Positions 13,166 to 25,930 of a stretch of 64,000 bases of DNA are shown in pieces. The DNA is from Dictyostelium discoideum (Eukaryota), in NCBI GenBank assembly GCA_000004695.1, contig CM000152.2, positions 4,928,001 to 4,992,000 on the forward strand, written 5' to 3'. Positions within the stretch are counted from its first letter, which is position 1. Each line of letters opens with the position of its first letter. The notes beneath the pieces were generated by a model that was not told the origin of the DNA, made no database searches, and worked only from the letters and a program-made list of their open reading frames with translations. Both the position numbers and the translations under genes were made by a program.

Positions 13166-14180
13166 TGTTAATATAAATAAAATTTAAAAATAAAATTTAT
13201 AAAAAATTTATATAAATTATTTACCAGTTTTTTTAACTAATTTATCACGATGATCTTTATATTTTAAAACGGTTTCACAAATATCTTTAAATTTTGAAAG
13301 CATAAAATCACCTGTATTTCTAAGTAATTCACTAACGGTGATTAATGAACCATGTATTGATTCTGGTGAACCATTTTGTTTGAATGATTTTTGAGCTTCA
13401 TCATAAATCTTTTGATACCATTGTAAACGAAGACGTGATTCTCTCTCAGAGATCAACTCTAGACATGCTCTTAGCGCCTCAACGGCACCTTCACGAATTG
13501 CAACTTTTGGATCTTTTAATGCCACCCAAATTAAATCGACAAATGATGATGCATGGACATAAAAGAGTGTTGGTGCATTTTGAGCCAACTCTTTCAATAC
13601 CAATACTGCAGCGTGTCTTCTTGCTTCGATACGATCACCACTTAACCATTCCAATGCTCTTGTAACTTCAAACTCTACAAATTCCGCTGTCAATGTACCA
13701 CTTGAACGTGCTAATCTACCCAATGCTTTTGATGCCATTAACATTACTGTAAAATCATTGAATCCTAAACCAATACGTAAATAATTGGCTAATCTTGTGA
13801 TCTTTGTTGCATTCTCATCATAATCTACATCTATTAATTCATCAATTGCCATAATACCTCCAATCTTTTCTGGTATAACTGAACTATTCACCAATTCAAA
13901 TATTAAATTATTATTTAATTCATTCATAAATTTTGTAAAATTTTCATTTGTCATTTCTCTACTTTGTGATATAACCTAAAAAAAATAAACAATAAATAAA
14001 TATATTAATATATATATATATAAAAGTATATAAGAAAAATGTTAAAATTATAATATTACTTACATATGATTTTAAATTTTTTGATGCTTTGACTCTATCT
14101 TCTTCTTTTTTACTCTTTAAATCATTTAAGAGTTTAGTTAAAGCGTCGGCCCATATTGAAGGTTGTTCATGTTGTGACAT
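6791..14180 (-). CDS. tor: Serine/threonine-protein kinase TOR (target of rapamycin). The complete CDS is join(14180..14064, 13975..13225, 13065..6791). It is 7143 nt long, giving 2380 aa.
   Basis: HEAT repeats, FAT, FRB ([20 protein letters not shown]...[12 protein letters not shown]), the PI3K-like kinase domain ([29 protein letters not shown]) and a FATC domain ending ...GWCPFW* are all present. Exon 1 reads [18 protein letters not shown]...KSY, with a GTAAGT donor at 14063. The intron 1 acceptor is ttttag at 13977-13976. Exon 2 runs ...LVKKT(G) with a GTAAAT donor at 13224. The intron 2 acceptor is tttaaag at 13067-13066. Phases are consistent across all junctions ([11 protein letters not shown]). 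Confidence 0.93.
13075..13165. repeat. (AAT)n microsatellite of about 30 units, inside tor intron 2.
   Basis: There is a perfect run of aat units between the intron 2 acceptor and the donor. Confidence 0.9.
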
Positions 14181-14989
14181 CTTTTATTTATATATATTGG
14201 GTGTGTATGTGTGTTGTGTGATGTTCTACTAATTTACAGTGTTTTGGTTGTATATTTGAATGTATATTTTACAATTGTTGTTGTTATTATTGTTATTGTT
14301 AATTTATGTGGTGTTTTTGTTTTTTTAGATTATAAAAAAAAAAAAAAAAAAAAAGTGTGTGTGGTTTTGTAAATATATATATGGGGAGGGTGTTATAAAA
14401 AAAAAAAAAAAAGAAAAGGACCTCCTTAAGTTCCTTCTATTTCTTGTAAAAAAAAAAAAAAAAAAAAAATTAGAGTGAATGATCACTAATTTTCTTTCTT
14501 TTCTTTTTTTTTTTTTATATTTTTTTTATTTTTGTAATTGTGTGTGTTTAGTTAAGGGGTTGTTTATCTTTTTTTTTTTATTATTATTTTATTTTTTTAT
14601 TTTTTAATTTTTATTTGAATCTTAAAGTATCTGTCTGAATCTATCTTGGAAATAAATAAATAAAATAAATAGAAAAAATATTCCACAAATAGAGATAGAC
14701 AATGTTGATAAATTTTTTAATTTGAAAAAAAAAAAAAAAATAAAAAAGAAAAAAAAAAAAAAATAGAAAAAAAAAATAAAAATAAAAAAAAAAAATCAAA
14801 AACTTTTTTTTTTTTTATTTTTATTTTTTTATTTTTTTTTTTATTTTATTTTTTCTATTTTACAAAAAAAAGTGAAAATACCATTTGATGTATTAAAAAA
14901 AATCTAATTAATTTGAAAATTGATTTTTAACTTGTCTAAAATTTAATTTATTTGTATTTTTTTTTTTTTATTTATTATTATTATTATTA

Positions 14990-15027
<38 letters not shown>

Positions 15028-15705
15028 TTTTTTTTTTTTTTTCATTGGTTTATTTGTTTTGTGTTTGTTAATAACAAAAATGATTAGTTAAAATAAAAAA
15101 AAAATTTTTTCTTAAAATATACTTGTTCATGGTTAGAATTTATTTTTTTCTGATATTTATTTATTTTTTTTATTTTTTTCGACTTTAACCCCATTTAGAT
15201 TCACTAATAATAATGGTAAATATTTGAAAAAGGAAATAATTAACCAGTAATATTTTCATTGATTTTATTGGTAAAAAAACCAAACTACCATACTTTTTTA
15301 ACGATTATAAAATATTTAAGAAAATTCATATGGTAATGAAGTTTTTATGATATATTTGATATAGCGATATATTATAAAAAAATAGATCTATCAATGTAAT
15401 TTTGTTTTTTTGTTTTTTTTTTTTAAAAGAAAAAAAAATGTGTAAGTTTTACCGAACCACAATTTCTTTGTAAAAATTTTTATTTTTATTTTTATTTTAA
15501 AATAATTATAAAATAAAAAAAATAAAATAAAAACATATAAAAAAGCAATAAAAAAAATTTTTATTTTTTAAAAAAATATTAAATAATTATTTTAATTTCC
15601 CTAAAAAATATAAAATAAAAAAAAAAAAAAAAAAAAAAAAAAATTAAAAAAATAATCCAACTTTTCCCTAAAAAAAAAAATAATTAAAAAAAAAAAAAAA
15701 AAAAA

Positions 15706-16176
15706 ATGAAATTATTAGTACTACGTTTAATTTTAATTATTTCAACAATTTTTGTTTTGTTAAATTTAAGTTGTATGGTGAATGGATTATCATTAAAAAG
15801 AAAATCAATTGTGTCAGATCATTGGGTAAATGTTGCAAATTCAATCGATGGTAAAACATTAACTTATAATACAATTGCAAATAAGGTGGATTTCCTTCAA
15901 TTTAGAGTTGACAGAGAAGATGAAAGTAGAATTTTAAATGATATGTATATAAATGTTACTTCAGTTAAAGCTGCAAGATTTGGTATATTCTTCAATAATT
16001 TCAATCCTGCAAATTCATCAAACGATAGTAGAGGTAGAGCTGGCTATTGTCCAATTTGGTTTGCTACTTGTGGTGCTGAAACTCCATACTTTTCATTAGG
16101 TTCAAATAATTCATATACTAGTGACTTAACATTTACTGTAACTGTCAGGGATGAAATTAAATTATGTGATTTCTAA
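15706..16176 (+). CDS. Small secreted protein of 156 aa with an N-terminal signal peptide. This is paralog A of a tandem pair.
   Basis: An ATG start is followed by the hydrophobic leader MKLLVLRLILIISTIFVLLNLSC. It carries several N-x-S/T sites and a Cys motif CPIWFATCGAE. It is a single exon and is homologous to ORF 17192..17686 (FxxDRxD, NDxYxN(V/I)T, CPxWFxxCGxE, TVRD). Confidence 0.7.
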   Translation: MKLLVLRLILIISTIFVLLNLSCMVNGLSLKRKSIVSDHWVNVANSIDGKTLTYNTIANKVDFLQFRVDREDESRILNDMYINVTSVKAARFGIFFNNFNPANSSNDSRGRAGYCPIWFATCGAETPYFSLGSNNSYTSDLTFTVTVRDEIKLCDF

Positions 16177-16195
16177 ACAATTTTTATTTTGTTTT

Positions 16196-16249
<54 letters not shown>

Positions 16250-16350
16250 AAAAAACAAAAAAAAACAAAAAAAAAAAAAAAAAATACAAATTCATATTTA
16301 TATTTATATTTATATTATATTTATATATTTAATTACATTCACCACAAATA

Positions 16351-16386
<36 letters not shown>

Positions 16387-16990
16387 ATAATGAATTTTTT
16401 TTTATTTTATTTATTTTTTGTTATTTTATGAAGTTTATTTAAAAAGATTTAAGTTTTCCGATTCTGAAATTATTTTCTAATTAAGTTCCAAATTTTATTT
16501 TAAAAAAATAAATAGAGACATTGTTTATAATTATTTTTTGACGGTGTTTTTTATTTTAGTAAAGTTTGACCACCTTTTTCGTTTAATTCGATGAAAATGC
16601 AAATTATGCCAAAAAGTCTCCCTTAAAATAATAATTTTAAAATTTTTAATTTTTTTATTGTAACAAACTTTTAAATAAAAATTTTTAAAATATTTTACCC
16701 ACAAAATATTTATGGAAAGATAAATTTTTAAAATAATAAAAAAAAAAAAAAAAGTAAAAAAGTATTGGATAAAATATATATATATAACCCACAAAATTCG
16801 ATTTCCAAAAAAAAAAAAAAATTACCAAAATAATATAAAAAATATATAAAAATAAATATTTTCACAAAACCCGGTTATTTTGATGGGTTCCATTAATATT
16901 ATAATAATCTCAACAGGTTTCTTAATTTTTCTATTTTATTTTATTATAATTAATTTCTATTTAATTTTATTTTATTATAATTTTAATTTA

Positions 16991-17029
<39 letters not shown>

Positions 17030-17065
17030 TTTTTAAATAATTAAAAAAATTAAAACTATAAAAAA

Positions 17066-17096
<31 letters not shown>

Positions 17097-17191
17097 AAAT
17101 AATAAACAAAAATATTTAAGAAGAAGAATATTTTTTTAAATAAAAAAAAAAATAAAATAAAGAAAATAAAAAAAAAAAAATAAAAAGAAAA

Positions 17192-17686
17192 TTGAAAATT
17201 TTAATTCTATTAACAATTTTAATTATTTCAAGTTTTTTAATTTCAAATTGTTGTATTGATGCATTAATATTAAGTAAAAGAATTGGAAACATAGGCTATG
17301 ATTGGAATATCGTTGCAAAATCAAATGATGCTGAAAGAATAGTTTATAATTTCACACTTTCTGGAACAAATTTATATCAATTTAAAATTGATAGAACTGA
17401 TGGAGATACAATTTTCAATGATTTATATTTAAATATTACAACTACAAATCCAAGACAATATACTTACATAAACAAATACTTTTCAACAAATGAAATTGCA
17501 GATGTCCATTCTGATCCAAATGGTAAGCCATCATTTTGTCCAGCATGGTTTGGAGGTTGTGGTTCTGAACAATCTTTCTTTTCAATTTCATTAAATAATA
17601 CTATAACTTTCAAAGGTATAAGAAATAGTCCATCTGTACCAATGACAATTTATGTTACTGTTCGTGATGTTGCAACTCTTTGTTAA
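17192..17686 (+). CDS. Paralog B of the tandem secreted pair (164 aa). The initiator position is TTG rather than ATG. It is a possible pseudogene or a mis-start.
   Basis: It aligns with paralog A from the first codon (TTG AAA ATT TTA ATT CTA against ATG AAA TTA TTA GTA CTA). There is no in-frame ATG upstream before a TAA at about 17153. The first internal Met is near the C-terminus. The rest of the ORF is intact, including the signal-like leader and CPAWFGGCGSE. Confidence 0.45.
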   Translation: MKILILLTILIISSFLISNCCIDALILSKRIGNIGYDWNIVAKSNDAERIVYNFTLSGTNLYQFKIDRTDGDTIFNDLYLNITTTNPRQYTYINKYFSTNEIADVHSDPNGKPSFCPAWFGGCGSEQSFFSISLNNTITFKGIRNSPSVPMTIYVTVRDVATLC

Positions 17687-17905
17687 ACTACAACAAAAAC
17701 AACAAAAACAAAAACAAGATTAAATTTGGATAAAAACCCAAATAAACTTATAAGTTTCTTACTATTATTTTAGTTTATTTATATATATATATATATATTT
17801 ATTATTATTAATATTAACATATTAATATTAATTTAATTTAAATTGAATAATTAATAATTTTAATTTGTTTTGTTGTTTTTGTTTTTTTTTTTTTTTTTTT
17901 TTTAT

Positions 17906-19427
17906 TTATTGAATTATAATTGAATTATCTTTTGTAATCCATTGAAGTAAAAAAGTAAAAGATTCAAAAACATTTTTTTTATTTTCTAATGGTGAAAAAG
18001 TTGCATAAAGTTCATGATGATTTGAGATAGCAACAATGATAGTTTCAGTGGCACTTGTATGATAATAGTATTTATGAGGTTTATTTGAACTATTGTTCAC
18101 ATGATTTATAATATGTTGGTAGAGTCTAAACAATCTCTTCTTCTCTTTTTTATGAATTGAATAAGGTGGTGAAAATACCGGATACGTTGAATAATTGCTA
18201 CTTCTATTCTTGTATAGAAAGTGTAACAAATTGGGAACCTCTGTAAATGCAGTTGTATAATCATGTAATGCCACCGCTCTATTTAATTCATCAACAAGTG
18301 ATTCTTGTTCCATATCTTTTGAAACCAATGTTTTAATCTCATTCATTTGATAGAATGATTCAGCCTGATTTGAAAATAGTAACAAACAAACATCACTATA
18401 TAAATAACAAATATATAAATGTAAAAATCCAGAATCATTATAATTTGGTAAACAAATTGGTATCCATGATTCACTCTCTCTAAATGATGATGTTGATAAT
18501 ACATAATTCATAACAATATGAATATCTTGACTCTTTAAACTTGGTGTTTTCTTATGTTTAACTGTACTAATTAATTTATTACCTGATATTAAATATGAAA
18601 ATCTTATAAAAAATCAATAATAAATTAGTATATATATATAAATATATATATACAATATAATTTAAATAAATATTTAAAAATACATACAATAATGAATCAC
18701 ATTTACGATTTGATAATATATTTGTTATTGAATTTCTGATATTATTATTTAAACGAAGGCAATTTACAGAATTTAAAAGTATTGAAAAGTCGGAATTTGT
18801 TTGATGAATAAAGTTATCTAAATATTTGTCAGTGCCACCCAAGAGGTCACGTAGATCATATTTTGCTTCAAATACAGCTTTGATATTCGACTGTGTTAAG
18901 ACACTAATGATTAGTGCATGAATGTACTCCAATTGTTGTTTGATCATTTGATAGGGTTCACCAGTATTTGCAATGCAAACCAAATTCAATGGATTCTTTT
19001 GAATGAATACAAATTGGTATTTGCCTGCAGTAATATAACGAAGTTCATCATTTGATGATTCTACAAATGAGCTCATTGCACTCAATGATGCCATAAATGT
19101 ATTCAATGCTACTTCGTCACCGTATCTTGAATAAATTGGTTTACCAGAGAATGATAGAATGAAAAAATGTTTCTTATGCTCAAACCATTCTGGTGTTGAT
19201 GTATCTTGTTCTGAATATTTTCTTGCAGGTCTACCTGTTGCTGTACTAGATTCATCAATCTTTGATAATATATAATTTGATAAATCCTCTATATCACCAC
19301 CTTCAACTGTTGGTTGTTCTAAATTATCTGTACTATTATCAATTTCTGAATTATTATTATTATAATTATCACTACTATTTGTTGTTGTTGTTGTTGTCGT
19401 CGTAGTTGTTTTAGTAGTTTCTGACAT
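17906..19427 (-). CDS. Mon1/SAND-family vacuolar fusion protein homolog. Two exons: join(19427..18688, 18602..17906).
   Basis: The Mon1 signature KKHFFILSFSGKPIYSRYGDEVALNTFMASLSAMSSFVE is present, with longin-type domains. A GTATGT donor lies at 18687 and a tataag acceptor at 18604-18603. The phase-2 junction gives ...CDSLL/FSYLISGNK. Confidence 0.75.
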
Positions 19428-19555
19428 CTTTTATTAATTGTTTAATTTATTTTATTTTTACATGTGTAAATTAAATAATGCAAATAAAAAATAAAAAAAT
19501 AAAAAAAATTGAAAAAAAAAAAAAAAAAAATTGAAAAAATCTTCTTTGTGAAATT

Positions 19556-19591
<36 letters not shown>

Positions 19592-19765
19592 TATAAAGTT
19601 ACTAAAATTAAAAATAGTACCTAATACTAAAAAAATTAAAGAAAAAAAAAAAAAAAAAAAAACTAATAAATTTCCCAAGAAGATTTTTTCAATTTTTGTC
19701 GTTTTTTATGATGACTAAACCTTTAAAAAAATAAAATGACTCACTTTATTTTTTTTAATTTTTCA

Positions 19766-19796
<31 letters not shown>

Positions 19797-20066
19797 TTCT
19801 TTTTTGTTTTTTTTTTTTAATTTTTTATTTTATTTTTTTTAAAATATTTTTTTTTATTTTTTTTTTATTACTTCTTCTTATAATAAATTCATAAACTTCT
19901 TATATATATATAAATATATTTATAATTATATAAAAACTCTTTTTTTATTTTTATTTTTATTTTTTTTTTAATTTATTATTATTATAATAAATTTTTAAAA
20001 AATATAAAAAAATAAAATTATTAAAAAAATAAAAAAATAAAAAAATAAAATTTATAAAAATAATCC

Positions 20067-21528
20067 ATGGAAAGTAATAAAGAAGAATCAATAAGATGTA
20101 TAGAGATTGCAATTGGAAAATATAATGATGGTAATTTAGAAGGTTGTATAAAGTTTTTAAATAAATCAATGTCATTATATCCCAGTGACAGAGCAAGAGA
20201 ATTATTAGCAACATATACATCAACCACTACAACCTCATCGACATCAACACAAACTTCAACCGATGGTCATGGTGGAACATCGACAAAAACTACCACCACC
20301 AAAACAACTACTTCAGAAACAATAAACGAATCAATTAAACCAAAATATACATCTGAACAAGTTGCAGCAGTTAAAAGAATTAAAGCATGCAAAAGTTTTT
20401 ATGAAGTTTTAGAAATTAAAAAAGATGCAAATGAAACTGATATTAAAAAAGCATATAGAAAAGTAATAATAATAATTATAATAATATAATGAAATTATTA
20501 TATATATATTTTGGATTTATAGATTATAAATATTAATATATATATATATAATATATATTAATATAATTATTATTTATTATTTATATTTAGATTGCATTAC
20601 AAATGCATCCAGATAAAAATCAAGCACCAGGAGCAGAGGATGCATTTAAAATTGTAACACAAGCATTCTCTTGTTTAAGTGATCAAAGAAAAAGACAAAC
20701 TTATGATTTACATGGAAGTGAAGAACCAACAAATAGATCACCATTTTCAAGAGGTGGAGGTGGCGGTGGCGGTGGAATGTACTATGAAGAAGATATATCA
20801 CCAGAAGATATTTTCAATATATTCTTTGGTATACCAACTAGTAAGTTTTTAAAAGAATTTTATTTTTTAATTCAAAATAATATATATATATATTTACATT
20901 TATTATTATTATTATTATTATTTTAGATGGAGCAAGAAATAGAAGAGGAGGTGGCGGTGGAAATCATTATTATGCATCTTCAATGGGTGGATCACCATTT
21001 GGAAATGGTGTACAATTTAGTTTTGGTGGTGCACCAATGCATAGACGTAGAAGTCAACATAATCATCAACATCAAGCACAACAAGAAACTCAAGAATCAG
21101 CATATAGCTTTTTAATTATTTTAATACCTTTAATTTTATTCTTTTTATCATTGTTTGGTAGTGGTAGTGGATCAAGTAGTGGTGTTAGTAGAAACTATAG
21201 AGGTCTCTATGAATTCACACAAAGTCAACAATTTCAAAACGAGCGTAATATCCCCATTGATTTACCATCAGGAGATAAAATTGATATTGAATATTTTGTG
21301 AAGGTGGATTTTGATAAAATCATAAAACAAAATGGATTCAATTTTAAACACTTTGAATCTGATGTAGCCGAAAAATGGGTATCATATAAAGAACCAATTT
21401 GTAAAAAGAAAAAACAATTGGATAATTCACTCAAAAAGGAACCATCGAATTCATCAATTAAAAAAGAATTATCTAAAAATCAATATAAATATTGTGATAT
21501 ACTTAATAAAAATGGAGTATTTAAATAA
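20067..21528 (+). CDS. DnaJ (Hsp40) homolog, DNAJB12/DNAJB14-like ER-membrane J-protein. Exons: join(20067..20462, 20591..20840, 20927..21528).
   Basis: An intron splits the J-domain: exon 1 ends ...KSFYEVLEIKKDANETDIKKAYRK and exon 2 begins IALQMHPDKNQAPGAEDAFK. Donors are GTAATA at 20463 and GTAAGT at 20841. Acceptors are tatttag and attttag. A C-terminal TM segment (FLIILIPLILFFLSLF) and a DUF1977-like tail (YRGLYEFTQSQQFQNERNIPIDLPSGDKIDIEYFVKVDFDK) follow. Confidence 0.8.
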
Positions 21529-21736
21529 TTTTATATAAATATTTATTTTTTTTTTAAAAAAAAAAAAGAAATCAATCTTAAATTTATATATATATATATA
21601 TATATCTATTCTTAAAGTTTTTGTTTTTCCTAAAATTTCATTTTTTATTATTTTATTTTATAATTTTTAATTTTTTTTTTTTTTTAATTTTTTTTTTTTT
21701 TGAAGTGCGGACAACAACCCTATTTATAAAATTTTT

Positions 21737-21769
<33 letters not shown>

Positions 21770-21806
21770 TTATTTTTTTTTTAAAATAAATAAATAAATA
21801 AATAAA

Positions 21807-22378
21807 ATGTCAGAAAAAGAAACAAATACAACATCAACAGAAAATAAAGAAAAAGAAAAACAAGAACAAACTAATACAAATTCAACAACAGAATCAACAA
21901 ATAATCAAGTTGATGAAGAATATGAAAGACCAGGAAGATCAGAAGGTTTAGATGAATTTGGAATTCAATTAGATATTCAACAATCTGATCCAAATTCACC
22001 ATTATATTCAGTGAAAACATTTGAAGAATTAGGATTAAAACCAGAGTTATTAAAGGGTGTTTATGCAATGGGTTATAATAAACCATCTAAAATTCAAGAA
22101 GCAGCATTACCAATTATTATTCAATCACCAAATAATTTAATTGCACAATCACAATCAGGTACTGGTAAAACTGCTGCATTCACATTGGGTATGTTAAATT
22201 GTGTTGATCCATCAATCAATGCACCACAAGCAATTTGTATTAGTCCAACCAAAGAATTAGCATTACAAACTTTTGAAGTTATCTCAAAGATTGGTCAATT
22301 TTCAAATATTAAACCATTATTATATATATCAGAGATTGAAGGTAAAATAAAAAATATATATATATATTATTTAATTAT

Positions 22379-22443
<65 letters not shown>

Positions 22444-23339
22444 GATTATTAATAAAAAAATAAATAAAAAAAAAAGTACCAAAAAATGTTACAAATCAAG
22501 TTATTATTGGTACACCAGGTAAAATTTTAGAAAATGTAATAAAAAAACAATTATCAGTTAAATTTTTAAAGATGGTAGTATTGGACGAAGCAGATTTTAT
22601 TGTAAAGATGAAGAATGTACCAAATCAAATTGCAATGATTAATAGATTATTACCAAGCAATGTAAAGGTTTGTTTATTCTCTGCAACATTTAGTATGGGA
22701 GTTGAGGAATTAATTAAAAAGATCGTTCAAGATCCATATACAAGTATAAGATTAAAAAGACAAGAGTTATCTGTTGAAAAGATTCATCAATATTTTATAG
22801 ATTGTGGTAGTGAAGATAATAAAGCATTGATTCTATCAGACATCTATGGTTTCATATCAGTTGGTCAGTCAATTGTATTCGTACATACAATTGCAACTGC
22901 AAAATCGGTACACCAAAAAATGGTTGATGAAGGTCATTCAGTTTCATTACTCTATGGTAAAGATTTAACAACAGAGGAACGTTTTAAACAAATTAAAGAT
23001 TTCAAAGATGGTAAATCAAAAGTATTGATAACAACAAATGTTTTAGCTAGAGGTATTGATATTCCACAAGTTTCATTGGTGATCAATTATGATGTACCAT
23101 TGGATGAAATGGGTAAACCTGACCCAGTTCATTATCTTCATCGTATTGGTAGAGTTGGTAGATTCGGTCGTTCTGGTGTTGCTCTTAGTTTTGTTTATGA
23201 TCAACAATCAACAAATAAATTAATGAATATTTCAACCCATCTTGGTGTACCTTTAAAAGAATTAAAATCTTCTGAAATTGAATCTTTAGATGGTATCTTA
23301 AAAGGTATTAGAAATCAATTAACACCATTAAATAATTAA
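21807..23339 (+). CDS. ATP-dependent RNA helicase DDX19/Dbp5 homolog (DEAD-box mRNA export helicase). Exons: join(21807..22341, 22477..23339).
   Basis: The Q motif and motif I are present (PSKIQEAALP, AQSQSGTGKTAAF). DEAD (VVLDEADFIV), SAT and HRIGRVGRFGRSG motifs are also present. The N-terminal LYSVKTFEELGLKPELLKGVYAMGYNKPSKIQ is typical of Dbp5. A GTAAAA donor follows GAAG at 22342 and the acceptor lies at 22475-22476. The phase-1 junction gives ...YISEIE-V-PKNVTNQVIIGTPGK. The intron contains a (TTA)n run of about 21 units. Confidence 0.85.
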
Positions 23340-23420
23340 AAAAAAACATAAATAAACATAAATAATAAATAAATAAATTATAAAATTGGAATTTAAAAAT
23401 AAATTATTATTATTATTATT

Positions 23421-24644
23421 TTATTTAACTTTTAATTTCTTTAAAAATCTTTCTTTTTCTTTATGACCATTATTACCACTACCACCACTACTACTATCAT
23501 CATCGGATTCTTTTTCTTTTTCATCTTCATCTTCATCTTCATCATCTTCATCTTCTTCTTCATCATCTTCTTCTTCGTCATCATCATCATCTTCTTCTTC
23601 CTCTTCATCAATCGCTTTTAGATGAATATAAAATGAACGACTTGTAGTTGAATGACTCCATTTTAGGTATTGTTGTTGACTAATTGTAAAGCTAACCAAT
23701 GGTAATGTATCACAAATATCCGCCCAAATTTGTGGTTTATCGTTGATTTTAATTTGTGAACTACTAGTGCCATAGACTCTGATTTGGTAGCGTTTTGGTG
23801 GTGGTGTAACAAAGAGGAATAGAAAACTTCTAAAAACACCCTCACCCGTTGAAATAAATAAAATGGTATGTTGTTCTTGTTTCAATAGGAGACATGATGT
23901 TTCGGTACCTTTGGGTAATGGTGACATCATTGTCATTCTAAAGAATTCGGTCTCTCTCTCTTGATCATGTAAATAAACGCTATCTAATCTATGATGATTT
24001 TCAAAATGTTTCTCCATATCCTCTGGTGATACGATGGTATTCATTTGACAACCTAATATCTTACCCAATGGACATGGTATCTTTCTGTAGGGGCATTGGT
24101 CTTGGTGAAGTGCTTTCTTGCCCATTTCATCCTTTAATTTGAATTTCTTTACACAACCATCTGAATAATTGTCACATGGTACCTGTGCCTCCTCAACCAA
24201 TCTCTCTATAGTGTAATTTCTTTTTGGTATCTTTGGCCATGCTCTCTTACATTTTGGACATTGTTTACTTAAATAACATGGTAAACATGATTCGCATGTC
24301 CAAAAATCACAATAATCGCAACTATAAGATTTACTAAATTGATTACTATAACAAATACCACATTCAACTATACTACTATCAACGATTATAACTTTCTTTG
24401 GTGTATTATTATTATTATTATTATTATTACTAATGCTATTATTATTGTTGTTGTTGTTACTATTATTAATACTATTACTATTGGGTATTAATGTGACACT
24501 ATTGCTATTATTACTTATATTACTTGGGTTGCTATTGTTAATACCACCACTAATTGTAAGACTATTGCCTGTGGTTGTAATATTATTGGTACCATTAATA
24601 CTACTATTACTAGCTGATGTTGTTGTTGTTGTAGAAGATGACAT
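23421..24644 (-). CDS. SINA/SIAH-like RING E3 ubiquitin ligase family protein. It is a single exon with a long acidic C-terminal tail.
   Basis: The RING-like segment is CGICYSNQFSKSYSCDYCDFWTCESCLPCYLSKQCPKC. The SIAH-type zinc finger is CPYRKIPCPLGKILGCQMNTIVSPEDMEKHFENHH. The N-terminus is poly-Ser/Thr/Asn and the C-terminus is rich in (E/D)n. Confidence 0.7.
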   Translation of the reverse strand: MSSSTTTTTSASNSSINGTNNITTTGNSLTISGGINNSNPSNISNNSNSVTLIPNSNSINNSNNNNNNNSISNNNNNNNNTPKKVIIVDSSIVECGICYSNQFSKSYSCDYCDFWTCESCLPCYLSKQCPKCKRAWPKIPKRNYTIERLVEEAQVPCDNYSDGCVKKFKLKDEMGKKALHQDQCPYRKIPCPLGKILGCQMNTIVSPEDMEKHFENHHRLDSVYLHDQERETEFFRMTMMSPLPKGTETSCLLLKQEQHTILFISTGEGVFRSFLFLFVTPPPKRYQIRVYGTSSSQIKINDKPQIWADICDTLPLVSFTISQQQYLKWSHSTTSRSFYIHLKAIDEEEEEDDDDDEEEDDEEEDEDDEDEDEDEKEKESDDDSSSGGSGNNGHKEKERFLKKLKVK

Positions 24645-24711
24645 TTTTAATTAATTAATTATTGTTTTATACTACACATAAAAATATTAAACTAAAATAT
24701 TGTTTAGTTTT

Positions 24712-24745
24712 TTTATTTTTATTTTTATTTTTATTTTTATTTTTA

Positions 24746-24776
<31 letters not shown>

Positions 24777-24800
24777 TTTATTTTTATTTTATTTTTTTTA
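24712..24800. repeat. (TTTTTA)n minisatellite in the sina-like/LSm2 intergenic region.
   Basis: The unit tttttatttttatttttat... is repeated about 14 times. Confidence 0.85.
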
Positions 24801-25045
24801 TTTAATATATTAATATAGTATAAAAAACAATAATATTAATAAATTATCATTATCAGGGTTTATTAATATTTATTTTATTCTTTTTTTGTCATACTTTTTT
24901 ATTTCTTTTTCTTTTTTTTATTTTTTTATTTCTTTTTTTACTTTTTTTACTTTTTTATTTACTATAAAATTTTATTCGTGTTATGTGTGAGTATTTGTGA
25001 ATTGGGTGGTTATATGAATATATGTTCGCAGTTTTATTATCGGTA

Positions 25046-25083
<38 letters not shown>

Positions 25084-25306
25084 GGATATTGAGAATAGAA
25101 CTACCAATATAATTTTTTTAAAAAAAAAAATAATCTTTTAAAGTGATTTATTTAAGATTTGTCCCATTCAATAAAATCTACTACACAAAACTGTTGAAAT
25201 TAACTATTATACTTTCGTCAGTTTTTATTATGAGATAATTTGAATCTCTTTAATAAGGGGAAAAAAAAAAAAAAAAAAAAGAAAATAAAGAAAAAAAAAT
25301 AAAAAT

Positions 25307-25348
<42 letters not shown>

Positions 25349-25576
25349 GAATTTTTGGCATTTTTTTTTGATTGTAACAAAAATGAATTTAAAAAATATT
25401 AAAATTTTTTTTTTTTTTTTTTTTTAATTTTCATTTATTTATAATATTACCAATAAAATCTATTTATTTTGAAAATGGTAATATAACCAAACAATAACAA
25501 TAACAATAACAGTACCAATAAAAATAAAAATAAAATCATTCTTTCAATCCAATTTGTGGTGTGTTTTATCCAGTTA

Positions 25577-25611
<35 letters not shown>

Positions 25612-25822
25612 AATCACGCAATAGATATTAGATATTATCTATTTATAGTGTTTCATACCTTCACTCACACACACTTTACCACAATAACATATTATCCAAT
25701 CCATTTTTTTTGAGATAGTAGACATAAAGGTTCATTTATGATTTCGCAGTTCGAAAAAAAAAATAAAAAAATAAAAAAAATAAAAACCAAAACAAACCAA
25801 TTTGGTGATAATCACGCACACA

Positions 25823-25854
<32 letters not shown>

Positions 25855-25930
25855 AACATATTTACACACGCGCACATACATTCACAATTACATATTTACT
25901 AATACAAATATTTATAAAATAAATACAACA

